From: a virus
Taxonomy: Duplodnaviria > Caudoviricetes
Reading direction: 5' to 3' (one strand)
Length of the DNA stretch: 41,584 nt
IMG/VR virus record: IMGVR_UViG_3300037782_000169
Coordinates: 1-41,584 of that record
Positions 26,386-35,206 of this stretch are shown here, piece by piece (position 1 is the stretch's first letter; each line of letters begins with the position of its first letter). The translations under genes and the position numbers were made by a program. The notes beneath the pieces are model-generated. The model was given only the letters and a program-made list of their open reading frames with translations. It was not told where the DNA came from and made no database searches.

Positions 26386-29300
26386 ATGGAACAGTCAACG
26401 GATCGTCGTGCGCGACTCGCGGAGAAGCTCCGGAGCGGTGGTCTCGCTGTGGCGGAGTCAGGGACGCGTCGAGCTCGTCTGCAGGAGAAGCTGCAGGCGC
26501 ATCGCGAGGAGTTTTCGCTCAAGAAGATCCCACAGGCGGCGGCGGTCGGCACGCTCGGCATGGCCAGCGACGCGGTGCTCGGAGCGGGTGTGCAGGGACA
26601 GCGTGCGCTTGATTCTGCTGGGGCAGCCGGACGGCATCTGGTGCCTGGGCAGCTCACACGAACCGATCGCCCGGGTGTAGCGATGAGCGCGTCAAACGGG
26701 CTCGAGTTGCACAGCGGTGTTCGTGCGTCGATTCTCCCGCCCGGGGACAAGCAGCCGATCGATGCGCCTGAGGGCGCGGGGTTCCGTGAATCGCACAAAC
26801 CCGATGAGAAGCAGGTGATCGCGGCCGCTGCGCGCGTCGCCGATCAGATCCAGCAGGCGGCAGCGGAGATCGGGTATGTGCCCAGCCGTGGGTTCGCGGC
26901 TTCGGTCGTCGAGGGCGCTGCGCAGTCTGCTCCGCACTTCGCGGGTGGTATCGGCGCGAGCGTTGCGGGAGGAGCTGTCGGCGGTCCCGTCGGCGCTGCG
27001 GCAGCGGGCGCCGCGTACTTCGGCGCGAGCGAGGGGCTCACGCACACGGCGGATGTCTACAAGCGGATGATCGAGGAGGGCGCGACGCAGAACGAAGCGA
27101 TCCAGACCGCGTCGAACTCCGGGGTGCTCTACGCGGGCGCGTCTGGGCTGCTCGAGTACGCGGGTGTGCGGTCGATCATGAGTGGCACGCGTTGGGGCAA
27201 GGCGCTGGACAAGGCATCGACGAATCCGCGATGGTTGCAGGCGGCGGCGAACACGGCGCGTGCGGGCGCTGGTGAGGGAACTACGGAGGTCCTGCAGGGT
27301 GTTGTGGGCGAGGCGCTGGCGTCGATGGCGCTCGAGGACTGGGACGAGTTCAAAGCCAAGTACACCGAATCGGACGAGCCGGCGAAAGAGTTTCTGAGCG
27401 CGATGCTGCTCGGCGGTGGTGTGCGCGGTGCGGGTGAGGTCCTGAACCCAGCGAACTACAAGTCGCTGACGGAGTGGAAGAAAGCCAGCGGTGCGCCGCT
27501 GAATCCGAGCGTGAGTATCGCGGAGGGGCTTGGGGTAGAATCGGGTGATGCTGCAGAGACCAGTGGACAGACTGAAAACGAAGAAGGCGCTGAAGGCGTT
27601 CAGGTCAGCGCACCCCTACCAGCAGACAATCGTCATGGGGAACCCGTTTCTCAGGGCACGCATCGAGAAGTACTTGGAGTACGAACAGGAGTCGATGCGG
27701 AGCAATCCGTCCAACGCTTCCTCCAAGCCAACGGTACAACCGGCGCCGCTGTCGAAGCCGAGACCGACCAACAGCGACTGATTCAGCAGGACGCCGCCAA
27801 GCGTGGCATCACGGTCCAGTATGTGCGTGGTGATTCGCAGCTCCAGCGTCCCGGAGCAAACCCCGAGCCCGGGCTGATCCTGCTCGATGCCGACGCGACA
27901 CCCGGGCGTCAGCTCGACGCGCTGGCGTGGCACGAGACCGTGCACGAGATCGAGAAGCAGAACCCGGGTGCATGGATGCAGCTGCAGAACGATCTCGCCG
28001 AGATCGCTCCGGAGCTCATGAAGCTCGCGGCGGAGACCTACGCCGAGAACTGGCAGCGCGTCACGGGCGAGGAGATCAGCGGGGATCGTCTGTCGCTCGA
28101 GGGGCCGAGTGTTGCGGCGGAGCTCGTGATCGACTTCATCATGGCCGAGCAGAGCAACCCGGGAACGCTGGGGCGTGTGCTCGCGCAGAAACCCGCGCTC
28201 AAGGAGCGGATCATCGACGCAATCACGGCGATGCTCCGCCGGCTTGGATTGAGTACGGGGCTCGCGAAGCTGGAGCAGGCTCGTCGAACCAAGGAGGCGG
28301 CGTCCGCGGCTGGTCTGATCATGGAGGCGGTCGGTCAGCTCAAGGGGTACGCACCGACTGCCCAGACGCAGCGGGTGGAGCGATCCGGGCGTGACGATAA
28401 TGCTCAGGAATCGCAGCAGGTTCGCACGAAAGACACAGCGGAAACAACCGATCCGGGCGTGACGAATACTGAAGAAGCGCAGGCCCCGCGTCTGGTGCTC
28501 CCGCGCAACAAGAAGAACGGCGAGTTCTCGAACCGTGATCTCCGCCGTCGTCTGCGTCGGCACGCCGAGGAAGCCGGGTTCGATCTGACAGAAGGCAGCG
28601 GTGCGCTCGACTCCGCCGAGCGTGAGTTCGAGGGCGAGCTCGGTGGGCAGCCGATCGATTTCAACTTCGATGGGCCGCTCCCGAGCGAGATCCGCGACGC
28701 GCTGAGCGGCAAGAACCGTGCGGTCAAATCCATGTTCAAGGGCAACACACCCGGCGCGACCGGCGCCGACACGATGGGCGCGATCGGTGCGGACAAGATG
28801 GTGGAGGTCGCCCAGCGGATGCACGAGACCGGGGATGTCGGGCTCGACAAGTTCATCGATCAGGTGGGTGACGACTACGCCGATATCGGGATGCTCCGTG
28901 TGGTCGAGGGTCTGCGTTCCGGGCGGATGGTCAGGGACCTGGACCCGATCGAGGTCATTGACGAACCAGGCGATCTGCCGGACGGCGCGACCTTCGAGAT
29001 CGAGGGGCACGAGTTTGTGGTGTACACAGCGGACAACGGCGGCAAGCGTGCGAGCGACGGTCAGCGTGATTTCTCGATCCAGATCGAATCGATGCCGATC
29101 ACCAAGGGCTCGCTCAAGAAGCGGGCCGATGCGGAGGTCCCGGAGGCGGCGCTGGATATCCCGTTCGCTGTTCGTCTCTCAGATGTGGGGCAGAGTGTGT
29201 TTCACGAGACCCGCGCAGACAACGCACTCGCTTTGCTTCCGTATGAAAACACAATGCAGGATGTGCAGGGCCTATATGTAGCATCGAGCCCGGAACTCGC

Positions 29301-32300
29301 AATCGGGCAAGGGTCAAGCAGGGGGGTTCTGTTCGAGTTTGATACTGCTCAGCTTGAGGGATACCGGGTATCAAAGCCAGGGCTCGACTTTACAGAATCG
29401 GTTGGTGCCGGGACAGAGTTTGAACTCGCCCCGATCAGGGGGAGCCAGACTGTGCTGCGTGACGCGGTGCGATCGGTCACCATCAAGGCTGACGCAAAAA
29501 TCGACCCTGTGATGCGGCGGCGGCTTCCGATAGCACTTCGAAGATTGGAGGAAAACGGATGGGCTCCTGCTAGACAGCCTGACGGGTCAGTCAAGTACAC
29601 AAATCCGACGACGCATGAACGGCGAGGTATTCCGTTCGCGATCCGTCGCGATCGGCCCGACACGGGCGTGTTCGGTCAGCCCACATTCGATCCGGTGACA
29701 GGCAAACAGAACGCGTTGTTCGCGGATCAGGAGCAGGGCGAGAGCGAGCTCGATCGTGAGCTCCGCGAGAAGGCCGAGCGTGAGCAGAAGCGGATCGGCG
29801 ACGATCCGGACCAGGGGATGCTGTTTGCGGTGCGTGATGAACGCGTGGAGCGTGGCGAGCCGCTCACTGACTTCGACACACCCGAGATCATCGCGGCACG
29901 CAAACAGGCGTACGAGATCGAGGAGACGATCGATATCGACACACCCGCGCGGCGACGCAAGCGCCGGCGCGTCGAGCGCAAGCTGTACGGCGACGGCGCG
30001 AAGAACAAGGACCGTGTGGCGGTGATCGTGCTCGGTCCTCCCGGGGCTGGCAAGTCGTCGGCGATCGCCGAGCCGATGCGTGACCGGATCGGTGCGCTGC
30101 TCATCGATTCGGACGATGCGAAAAAAGAACTCCCCGAGTACGCCGGCGGGCTCGGCGCCATGGCCGTACACGAGGAGAGCGCGTTGATCGCAAACCGTGT
30201 GCTCGATCGAGCGATCGACGCGGGCGACAACATCGTTCTGCCGCGTGTCGGTAGCACGCTCGGATCGATCCAGATGATCGGCACGGACCTGGTCGAATCC
30301 GGCTACACGGTGCATGTTATCAGACTGGATCTGCCGGTTGAGGAGACCGTGCAGCGTGTGATTCAACGATTCCGCGAGGAAAACCGATTCGTTGATCCGG
30401 ATTATGTCGTCAACACAGTGGGTGAGAACCCGCGCAGGGTCTATAATGAACTCCGGAAAGAAGGTGCATATGCCTCATACTCCGAATACTCCAACCTCGT
30501 CGAACGCGGGCAGCTCCCAATCTTCCTCAGCGGAGAAGGAGACGCGATCCGTGTCCCCAGCCAAGACGCTGCGCGGGACGGACTACAAGCAGATCGTGAA
30601 CAAGACCGAGCGGTCGGAGATCGAACAGCTCAGCGCGATGCGCGAACGCCGACGGACGAAAAGAGCAGCGGACCAGGGCAAGTAGATCCTGACGACGGGA
30701 TGCTGTTTGCGGTCTCGCCGCCCGTCAACTCGCATAAGTTCCGCAAGTGGTTCGGTGACTCGAAGGTGGTGGACGAGCAGGGCAAGCCGCTCGTGGTGTA
30801 TCACCAGACGAGTAAGGAAAACGAAAATAGTATCTATGAGAGCGGAGGCTTCCGTATTGATCAGCCCCTCGCTCGCAGATCCGATGAAGGGGTGCCGGAT
30901 GGTGTGTTCCTCAAGCCACACGATCGGGATATCGGTCTAGGTGCGGCGATGTCGAAAGATGTTGCCCAGATGCCTTTGTATGCGTCAATCCAGAATCCTT
31001 TGATTGTTCGGGACCGCAACGAGTTGATTGATTCGTACCGGCGTCTTGATGCTGAGTATCGAGAGCATGTCAGAAACGCCAGGATCGCCGATCAGCAGAC
31101 AGCAGCAAAGTACGATCAGTCAGAAAAAGCGTTCGCATCATTGCCAGCAGAGGACAAAACAACGGAGGCATGGTATGAGCAGATTGATATCGAGGAGAAG
31201 ATCCTAAGAGATGGTAAAGCACAGGTTCATCTGCACGCGACAAGCGCTAGAGCTCGCCTCACGGGGCTGATCCGCGAAGCGGGTTACGATGGTGTGATTA
31301 TCGAGAACGATGTCGGGTCGATGGGTAGATCCACAAAAACAATCGTGGCACTAGAACCAACGCAGGTCAAATCCATCAACAACTCCGGCGAGTTCAACCC
31401 GGAGAACCCGGATATCCGCTACGCGATCCGCGGCGATGACGCCCAGGGCGATCTCGGGTTTGCGCCCGTTGGTCAGCAGCGGATCACCCCCGACGCACGA
31501 CCGGATCTCGCCAACCCCGGGCGCACCGATGACGCACGCGGCTTTGTCAACACTGTGGATCAGCTCCGTAACGCATCGGGTGACCCCGAGCGTGTGTCCG
31601 ATGATGTGGTCGAGCAGAAGGCCGACGCGATGCTGCGCGTGGGCAGCGATGCCGTCGAATCCAGCATCCGGCAGAAGGTCGAGCGCGGCGAGCTGCTCGA
31701 TGATGTGGAGACCGTCGCGGCGCAGCGCATCGTCAACGAACGCGCGATGGCAGCACTCCGAGAGGACAACCGCGAATCGTACAAGCAGGCGCTCATGACG
31801 ACCGACGCGTATCGGCAGTCGGGCACGCTCGCGGCTCGTGCGTTCCGTCAGCGACGCGACCAGACCAAGGGACCGCGTGAGCGATACCGCGAGGCGATCA
31901 TGGGGGCGCTGCTCGAGCCCGATGCACGCGTGCGCGAGCAGCTTGCCAAGATCCGCGACACGATCATGGATCCCGGGGTGTCCGATCGCAAGAAACGCAG
32001 AGCACGGCTGCAGCAGGACGAGCTGTTCGAACGCGAGGCCGATCGGATCACGAAGGTGCGCAAGGATCTTGCCAAAGCCGGCATCGATCCGCGGCTGATC
32101 AGCGAGCGGACGATGCAGGATCCGGTGTTCGCGTCTGCGGTGGTGGACACGGCACGCCGGAGCCGGACGAGCCTGCACGATGCGCTCTACTGGGTGTGGA
32201 TGAACTCGATCCTGTCGGGTCCGCTCACGCATGCGGCAAACATCTTCGGCAACGCCGTGAATCTCGGGTACCGCTTCGCGGGTCTCAAAGGCATCGAGGC

Positions 32301-34032
32301 GGTCGCCGGATCGCTGCACAAGCGCACGGGTGGGGATCCGGACTTCACTGTCGGTGATTATGTGCATATGTGGCGCACGCTCGGGCCGGCGCTCGCGGGC
32401 GGGTGGACGAACATGGTGCGGGGGTTCGCGACGAATCGCCAGGTGTTCGACGAGCAGATCCTCGGCGAGCCCGTGCCGCTCAATCAGATCAAGGGGGAGA
32501 GCACGCAGCTGCCCGATGCGGGTCCACGGAGCAAGGTGCTGCGCACGATGGGGCTCGGTGGGTATCCGCTCAAGCTGCTCATGGCCGAGGATCAGTTCTT
32601 CAAGACGATCGCCGGCGTGATGGAGGCCCATGCGCTCGCGCATCGTCAGGCCGTGCGTGAGGGGCTCACGGGCGAAGCACGCGACGCTCGGATCACCGAG
32701 CTGCTCGCGCCGCGTCAGGAGCTCTTTGGGGAGTCGCTGGATACGGATATCTGGCGTCAGTCGCTCGAAGAAGCGAAGAAGTCTGTGTTCCAGGACGACC
32801 CGAGCGTGATCGGTCGGACGGCGTTGGATCTCCGCAACGGCGCGATGGGTCCGGTGCTCAAGTGGATCATCCCCTTCGTGAGGACGCCGGATCGCTTGTT
32901 TGTTCGCGGGATCGAGTCGAGTCCGATCGGGGCTCTTGTATCGATCGCGCAGATCGCTTCCAAGAGCACGGACAAAGTGGGGCTCGGTCGGTTCGAGAAC
33001 TCGCAGAGCAGGGCCGCGGATGCGGCGATCGCGGTCATGACGATCGGGATGCTCGCGGCGGTGCTCGGGCTGAAAGACGACGAGGACGGGATGCCCCGGA
33101 TCACGGGCAGCCGCTCGCCGAACTGGCGCGATCTCCCTGAGCAGTACCGAACGGCGCCGCCGATGAGCATCCGCATCGGGGGCAAGTGGTATTCCTACGC
33201 TCGCATCGAGCCGCTCTCAACGGGGCTCGCGCTGACGATCGATATGCTCGACCGCGTTGAGCGGGGCGACGATCCGATCGAGTCACTCCTCGGCTCGGGT
33301 GACACGCTGATCAATCTCATGCAGGACAAGACCTTCCTGCGCTCGATCGGGCAGCTCATGGAAGCGCTGCAGGATCCTGACCGACGCGGCGAGTTGCTCG
33401 CCCGGCAGGTCCGATCAACGCTGATTACTGGGTGGGTGCCCAACCTGTTCAAGCAGACGGTCCGCGCCGCGAACCCGGAGATCGTGGACAACCGACCGAC
33501 GGCGGACGGCGGATTCTGGAGCAAGCAGCTTGCGCAGGTACCCTATGAGGCGCTGCCGACTCGCAAGCTCGCGCCGGTGCCCCGATACGATATCTGGGGT
33601 CGCCCGATCGAGCGGGATGATCCGTTCGGTGGTGGTGCCGCGGGCTTCTTGTGGAGGCTCGGTGTGCCGGTGAATGTGTCCGATGCTGATCTACACCCGA
33701 TGGACCTTCTCGTGTGGAACTACAACCGGCGCGTGCAGGCCGGCGAGATCGACCGAGCGCTCGATGTGACAGGCGCGGACTCTGCTGGAGAGATCCATCC
33801 GAAGCCGCCGGCGCGGTACTTCACACGCGAGGGACAACGCATCAATATGACCGCCGAGGAGTACCAGTCGATGGTCAGGAACGCGGGCGAGCGCGCGAGC
33901 GAGCGCCTACTGAGTATGGGTCTGGATGTCGAGAACCCGGGACCGAGCGATGCGCGGCGCGTGCTCGATGTGTTCAAGCGTGAGTATTCGCGTGAACGCA
34001 ACCGGATCTATCAGGAGCGTCGATCAGAATAG
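26386..34032 (+). CDS. Giant polyvalent ejection protein (about 2548 aa): HExxH metallopeptidase-like, ART-like, zeta-toxin-like kinase and helical C-terminal (LPD38-like) regions
   Basis: GAGGAG SD; HETVH at 27931; GPPGAGKS..IDSDDAK..VHEES; FRKWFGDSKVVD..PLVVYH..GYDGVI; KWYSYARIEP and RYDIWGRPI. Confidence 0.85.
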   Translation: MEQSTDRRARLAEKLRSGGLAVAESGTRRARLQEKLQAHREEFSLKKIPQAAAVGTLGMASDAVLGAGVQGQRALDSAGAAGRHLVPGQLTRTDRPGVAMSASNGLELHSGVRASILPPGDKQPIDAPEGAGFRESHKPDEKQVIAAAARVADQIQQAAAEIGYVPSRGFAASVVEGAAQSAPHFAGGIGASVAGGAVGGPVGAAAAGAAYFGASEGLTHTADVYKRMIEEGATQNEAIQTASNSGVLYAGASGLLEYAGVRSIMSGTRWGKALDKASTNPRWLQAAANTARAGAGEGTTEVLQGVVGEALASMALEDWDEFKAKYTESDEPAKEFLSAMLLGGGVRGAGEVLNPANYKSLTEWKKASGAPLNPSVSIAEGLGVESGDAAETSGQTENEEGAEGVQVSAPLPADNRHGEPVSQGTHREVLGVRTGVDAEQSVQRFLQANGTTGAAVEAETDQQRLIQQDAAKRGITVQYVRGDSQLQRPGANPEPGLILLDADATPGRQLDALAWHETVHEIEKQNPGAWMQLQNDLAEIAPELMKLAAETYAENWQRVTGEEISGDRLSLEGPSVAAELVIDFIMAEQSNPGTLGRVLAQKPALKERIIDAITAMLRRLGLSTGLAKLEQARRTKEAASAAGLIMEAVGQLKGYAPTAQTQRVERSGRDDNAQESQQVRTKDTAETTDPGVTNTEEAQAPRLVLPRNKKNGEFSNRDLRRRLRRHAEEAGFDLTEGSGALDSAEREFEGELGGQPIDFNFDGPLPSEIRDALSGKNRAVKSMFKGNTPGATGADTMGAIGADKMVEVAQRMHETGDVGLDKFIDQVGDDYADIGMLRVVEGLRSGRMVRDLDPIEVIDEPGDLPDGATFEIEGHEFVVYTADNGGKRASDGQRDFSIQIESMPITKGSLKKRADAEVPEAALDIPFAVRLSDVGQSVFHETRADNALALLPYENTMQDVQGLYVASSPELAIGQGSSRGVLFEFDTAQLEGYRVSKPGLDFTESVGAGTEFELAPIRGSQTVLRDAVRSVTIKADAKIDPVMRRRLPIALRRLEENGWAPARQPDGSVKYTNPTTHERRGIPFAIRRDRPDTGVFGQPTFDPVTGKQNALFADQEQGESELDRELREKAEREQKRIGDDPDQGMLFAVRDERVERGEPLTDFDTPEIIAARKQAYEIEETIDIDTPARRRKRRRVERKLYGDGAKNKDRVAVIVLGPPGAGKSSAIAEPMRDRIGALLIDSDDAKKELPEYAGGLGAMAVHEESALIANRVLDRAIDAGDNIVLPRVGSTLGSIQMIGTDLVESGYTVHVIRLDLPVEETVQRVIQRFREENRFVDPDYVVNTVGENPRRVYNELRKEGAYASYSEYSNLVERGQLPIFLSGEGDAIRVPSQDAARDGLQADREQDRAVGDRTAQRDARTPTDEKSSGPGQVDPDDGMLFAVSPPVNSHKFRKWFGDSKVVDEQGKPLVVYHQTSKENENSIYESGGFRIDQPLARRSDEGVPDGVFLKPHDRDIGLGAAMSKDVAQMPLYASIQNPLIVRDRNELIDSYRRLDAEYREHVRNARIADQQTAAKYDQSEKAFASLPAEDKTTEAWYEQIDIEEKILRDGKAQVHLHATSARARLTGLIREAGYDGVIIENDVGSMGRSTKTIVALEPTQVKSINNSGEFNPENPDIRYAIRGDDAQGDLGFAPVGQQRITPDARPDLANPGRTDDARGFVNTVDQLRNASGDPERVSDDVVEQKADAMLRVGSDAVESSIRQKVERGELLDDVETVAAQRIVNERAMAALREDNRESYKQALMTTDAYRQSGTLAARAFRQRRDQTKGPRERYREAIMGALLEPDARVREQLAKIRDTIMDPGVSDRKKRRARLQQDELFEREADRITKVRKDLAKAGIDPRLISERTMQDPVFASAVVDTARRSRTSLHDALYWVWMNSILSGPLTHAANIFGNAVNLGYRFAGLKGIEAVAGSLHKRTGGDPDFTVGDYVHMWRTLGPALAGGWTNMVRGFATNRQVFDEQILGEPVPLNQIKGESTQLPDAGPRSKVLRTMGLGGYPLKLLMAEDQFFKTIAGVMEAHALAHRQAVREGLTGEARDARITELLAPRQELFGESLDTDIWRQSLEEAKKSVFQDDPSVIGRTALDLRNGAMGPVLKWIIPFVRTPDRLFVRGIESSPIGALVSIAQIASKSTDKVGLGRFENSQSRAADAAIAVMTIGMLAAVLGLKDDEDGMPRITGSRSPNWRDLPEQYRTAPPMSIRIGGKWYSYARIEPLSTGLALTIDMLDRVERGDDPIESLLGSGDTLINLMQDKTFLRSIGQLMEALQDPDRRGELLARQVRSTLITGWVPNLFKQTVRAANPEIVDNRPTADGGFWSKQLAQVPYEALPTRKLAPVPRYDIWGRPIERDDPFGGGAAGFLWRLGVPVNVSDADLHPMDLLVWNYNRRVQAGEIDRALDVTGADSAGEIHPKPPARYFTREGQRINMTAEEYQSMVRNAGERASERLLSMGLDVENPGPSDARRVLDVFKREYSRERNRIYQERRSE
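27548..27781 (+). CDS. Candidate nested +1-frame small gene inside the giant gene
   Basis: G/C-ending codon bias shifts to this frame; TAGAAT at 27536-27541 just upstream of the ATG. Confidence 0.5.
   Translation: MLQRPVDRLKTKKALKAFRSAHPYQQTIVMGNPFLRARIEKYLEYEQESMRSNPSNASSKPTVQPAPLSKPRPTNSD
29803..30713 (+). repeat. 29-bp direct repeat (26/29 identical) flanking the zeta-toxin-like module
   Basis: GATCCGGACCAGGGGATGCTGTTTGCGGT (29803-29831) and GATCCTGACGACGGGATGCTGTTTGCGGT (30685-30713). Confidence 0.9.
30470..30685 (+). CDS. Candidate nested +1-frame small gene after the zeta domain (alternative GTG start at 30551)
   Basis: TATAAT at 30442-30447; GAAGGT and AAGGAG SD-like sequences; codon bias shifts to this frame. 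Confidence 0.5.
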   Translation: MPHTPNTPTSSNAGSSQSSSAEKETRSVSPAKTLRGTDYKQIVNKTERSEIEQLSAMRERRRTKRAADQGK

Positions 34033-34380
34033 CAGGGTGCCGAGCTTCATCATGCTCCAGAGCGCTCCGAGCGCGCCGTATCCCAGGAGCAGGATCATCG
34101 CGATGCCCTTGATCCAGTCTCCGGGTCCGAGGCTCCGAAACATCCTCCGGTACCAGCGGAACCGGACGAGCAGCAGGTCGGGCATGAACGCTGCTGCCAT
34201 GATCACGAAGGACACGGCGAGTGCTGCGAGCGCTCCAACCCAGGGAGGGACGATTTCGCGCGGCATCTGCTCGATCCATCCGTAGAGCGAGACGCCCCTG
34301 GAGTTGAGATAGACCGCCAGGGCGATCGCTCCGCCAATCACGGCGTAGGTGCCCCAGGGTGTTGGTTCGCGTACAGTCAT
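34024..34380 (-). CDS. Small membrane protein (about 3 TM)
   Basis: Three hydrophobic stretches. Confidence 0.7.
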   Translation of the reverse strand: MTVREPTPWGTYAVIGGAIALAVYLNSRGVSLYGWIEQMPREIVPPWVGALAALAVSFVIMAAAFMPDLLLVRFRWYRRMFRSLGPGDWIKGIAMILLLGYGALGALWSMMKLGTLLF

Positions 34381-34417
34381 GGGTCTCTAGTATCCTCCAA
34401 ACGCACGGGAGTATCCA

Positions 34418-34765
34418 ATGAAATATTGCATCGCGGCACTTGTCTTGGTCCTCATTGTTGGTTGCGGCGGCACGCCGCTGGTGGAGAAGCACCAGAGCAC
34501 GCTGCTTGAGCTCGAGCCCGGTGTGACGACGATCGAGGAGTTCCGAGCGAAGATGCCCGAGGCGACGCTCGGGGGCCAGAACAGTGTCAACGGTAAGCGT
34601 GTCGATGCCTTTGAAATCAAGCAGCGTCGATATGAGATTGAGGTCGATCGTTTTATCACTGAGCGCCTTTGGTTCTATTTCCACGACGATCGCCTAGTGC
34701 GCTGGGGGCAGCCGAACGACTGGCCGAGCGAGGCAGATATTACAGTGGAGTGGCGGGATCGCTGA
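34418..34765 (+). CDS. Lipoprotein, SmpA/BamE-like fold possible
   Basis: Lipobox LIVG-C; LEPGVTTIEEF...LWFYFHDDRLVRWG. Confidence 0.7.
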   Translation: MKYCIAALVLVLIVGCGGTPLVEKHQSTLLELEPGVTTIEEFRAKMPEATLGGQNSVNGKRVDAFEIKQRRYEIEVDRFITERLWFYFHDDRLVRWGQPNDWPSEADITVEWRDR

Positions 34766-34967
34766 GCGCTCCTTCCTCAGCCGGCTCGATTTCATTCCAG
34801 GCTTTGCCGTTCTTGATCGCGCTGATCGCCCCAGGCGTGACTTCGAAGGCGTGTGCGAGCGATGAACATGATTCGCCCAGCTGTAATCGGCGCTTGATCT
34901 GCGCGACTCTCTCGGGGTCCAGCTTGGATCCTCGCCGATAGTGCGATGTTGGCATCTTCGTTTTCAT
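34740..34967 (-). CDS. Small HTH protein
   Basis: SKLDPERVAQIK..GES..LAHAFEVTPGAISAIKNGKAW, like the HTH tails of HNH homing nucleases. Confidence 0.7.
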   Translation of the reverse strand: MKTKMPTSHYRRGSKLDPERVAQIKRRLQLGESCSSLAHAFEVTPGAISAIKNGKAWNEIEPAEEGALSDPATPL

Positions 34968-35206
34968 CTCGTTCCTTTCACTTTGTTGATTCGCTTGCCC
35001 GCGTAGTACAGCGGGCACTCCTGGACAGGGATCTCGATGGGCGCCGGCACGACCGCGTCGAGCTCAACCACGAGCATGCCCGGCGCCAGCGCGTTGGACC
35101 CCGCGCCGTCGAACGCCTCGTGGTCTTTGTTCACGGGAATGCAGTACGCCGAGCCGTTGCGGATCTTGGTGATGACCACACGGATGTAGGTTTCGCGACC
35201 GATCAT
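34964..35206 (-). CDS. Hypothetical protein
   Basis: ATGA-coupled on both sides; GGAGG SD. Confidence 0.6.
   Translation of the reverse strand: MIGRETYIRVVITKIRNGSAYCIPVNKDHEAFDGAGSNALAPGMLVVELDAVVPAPIEIPVQECPLYYAGKRINKVKGTR

Noticed and set aside
26386-34032. Giant ORF as tape measure protein or virion RNA polymerase
   Set aside because: No tail tube or sheath genes and no polymerase motifs recognised; the domain content fits a polyvalent ejection protein
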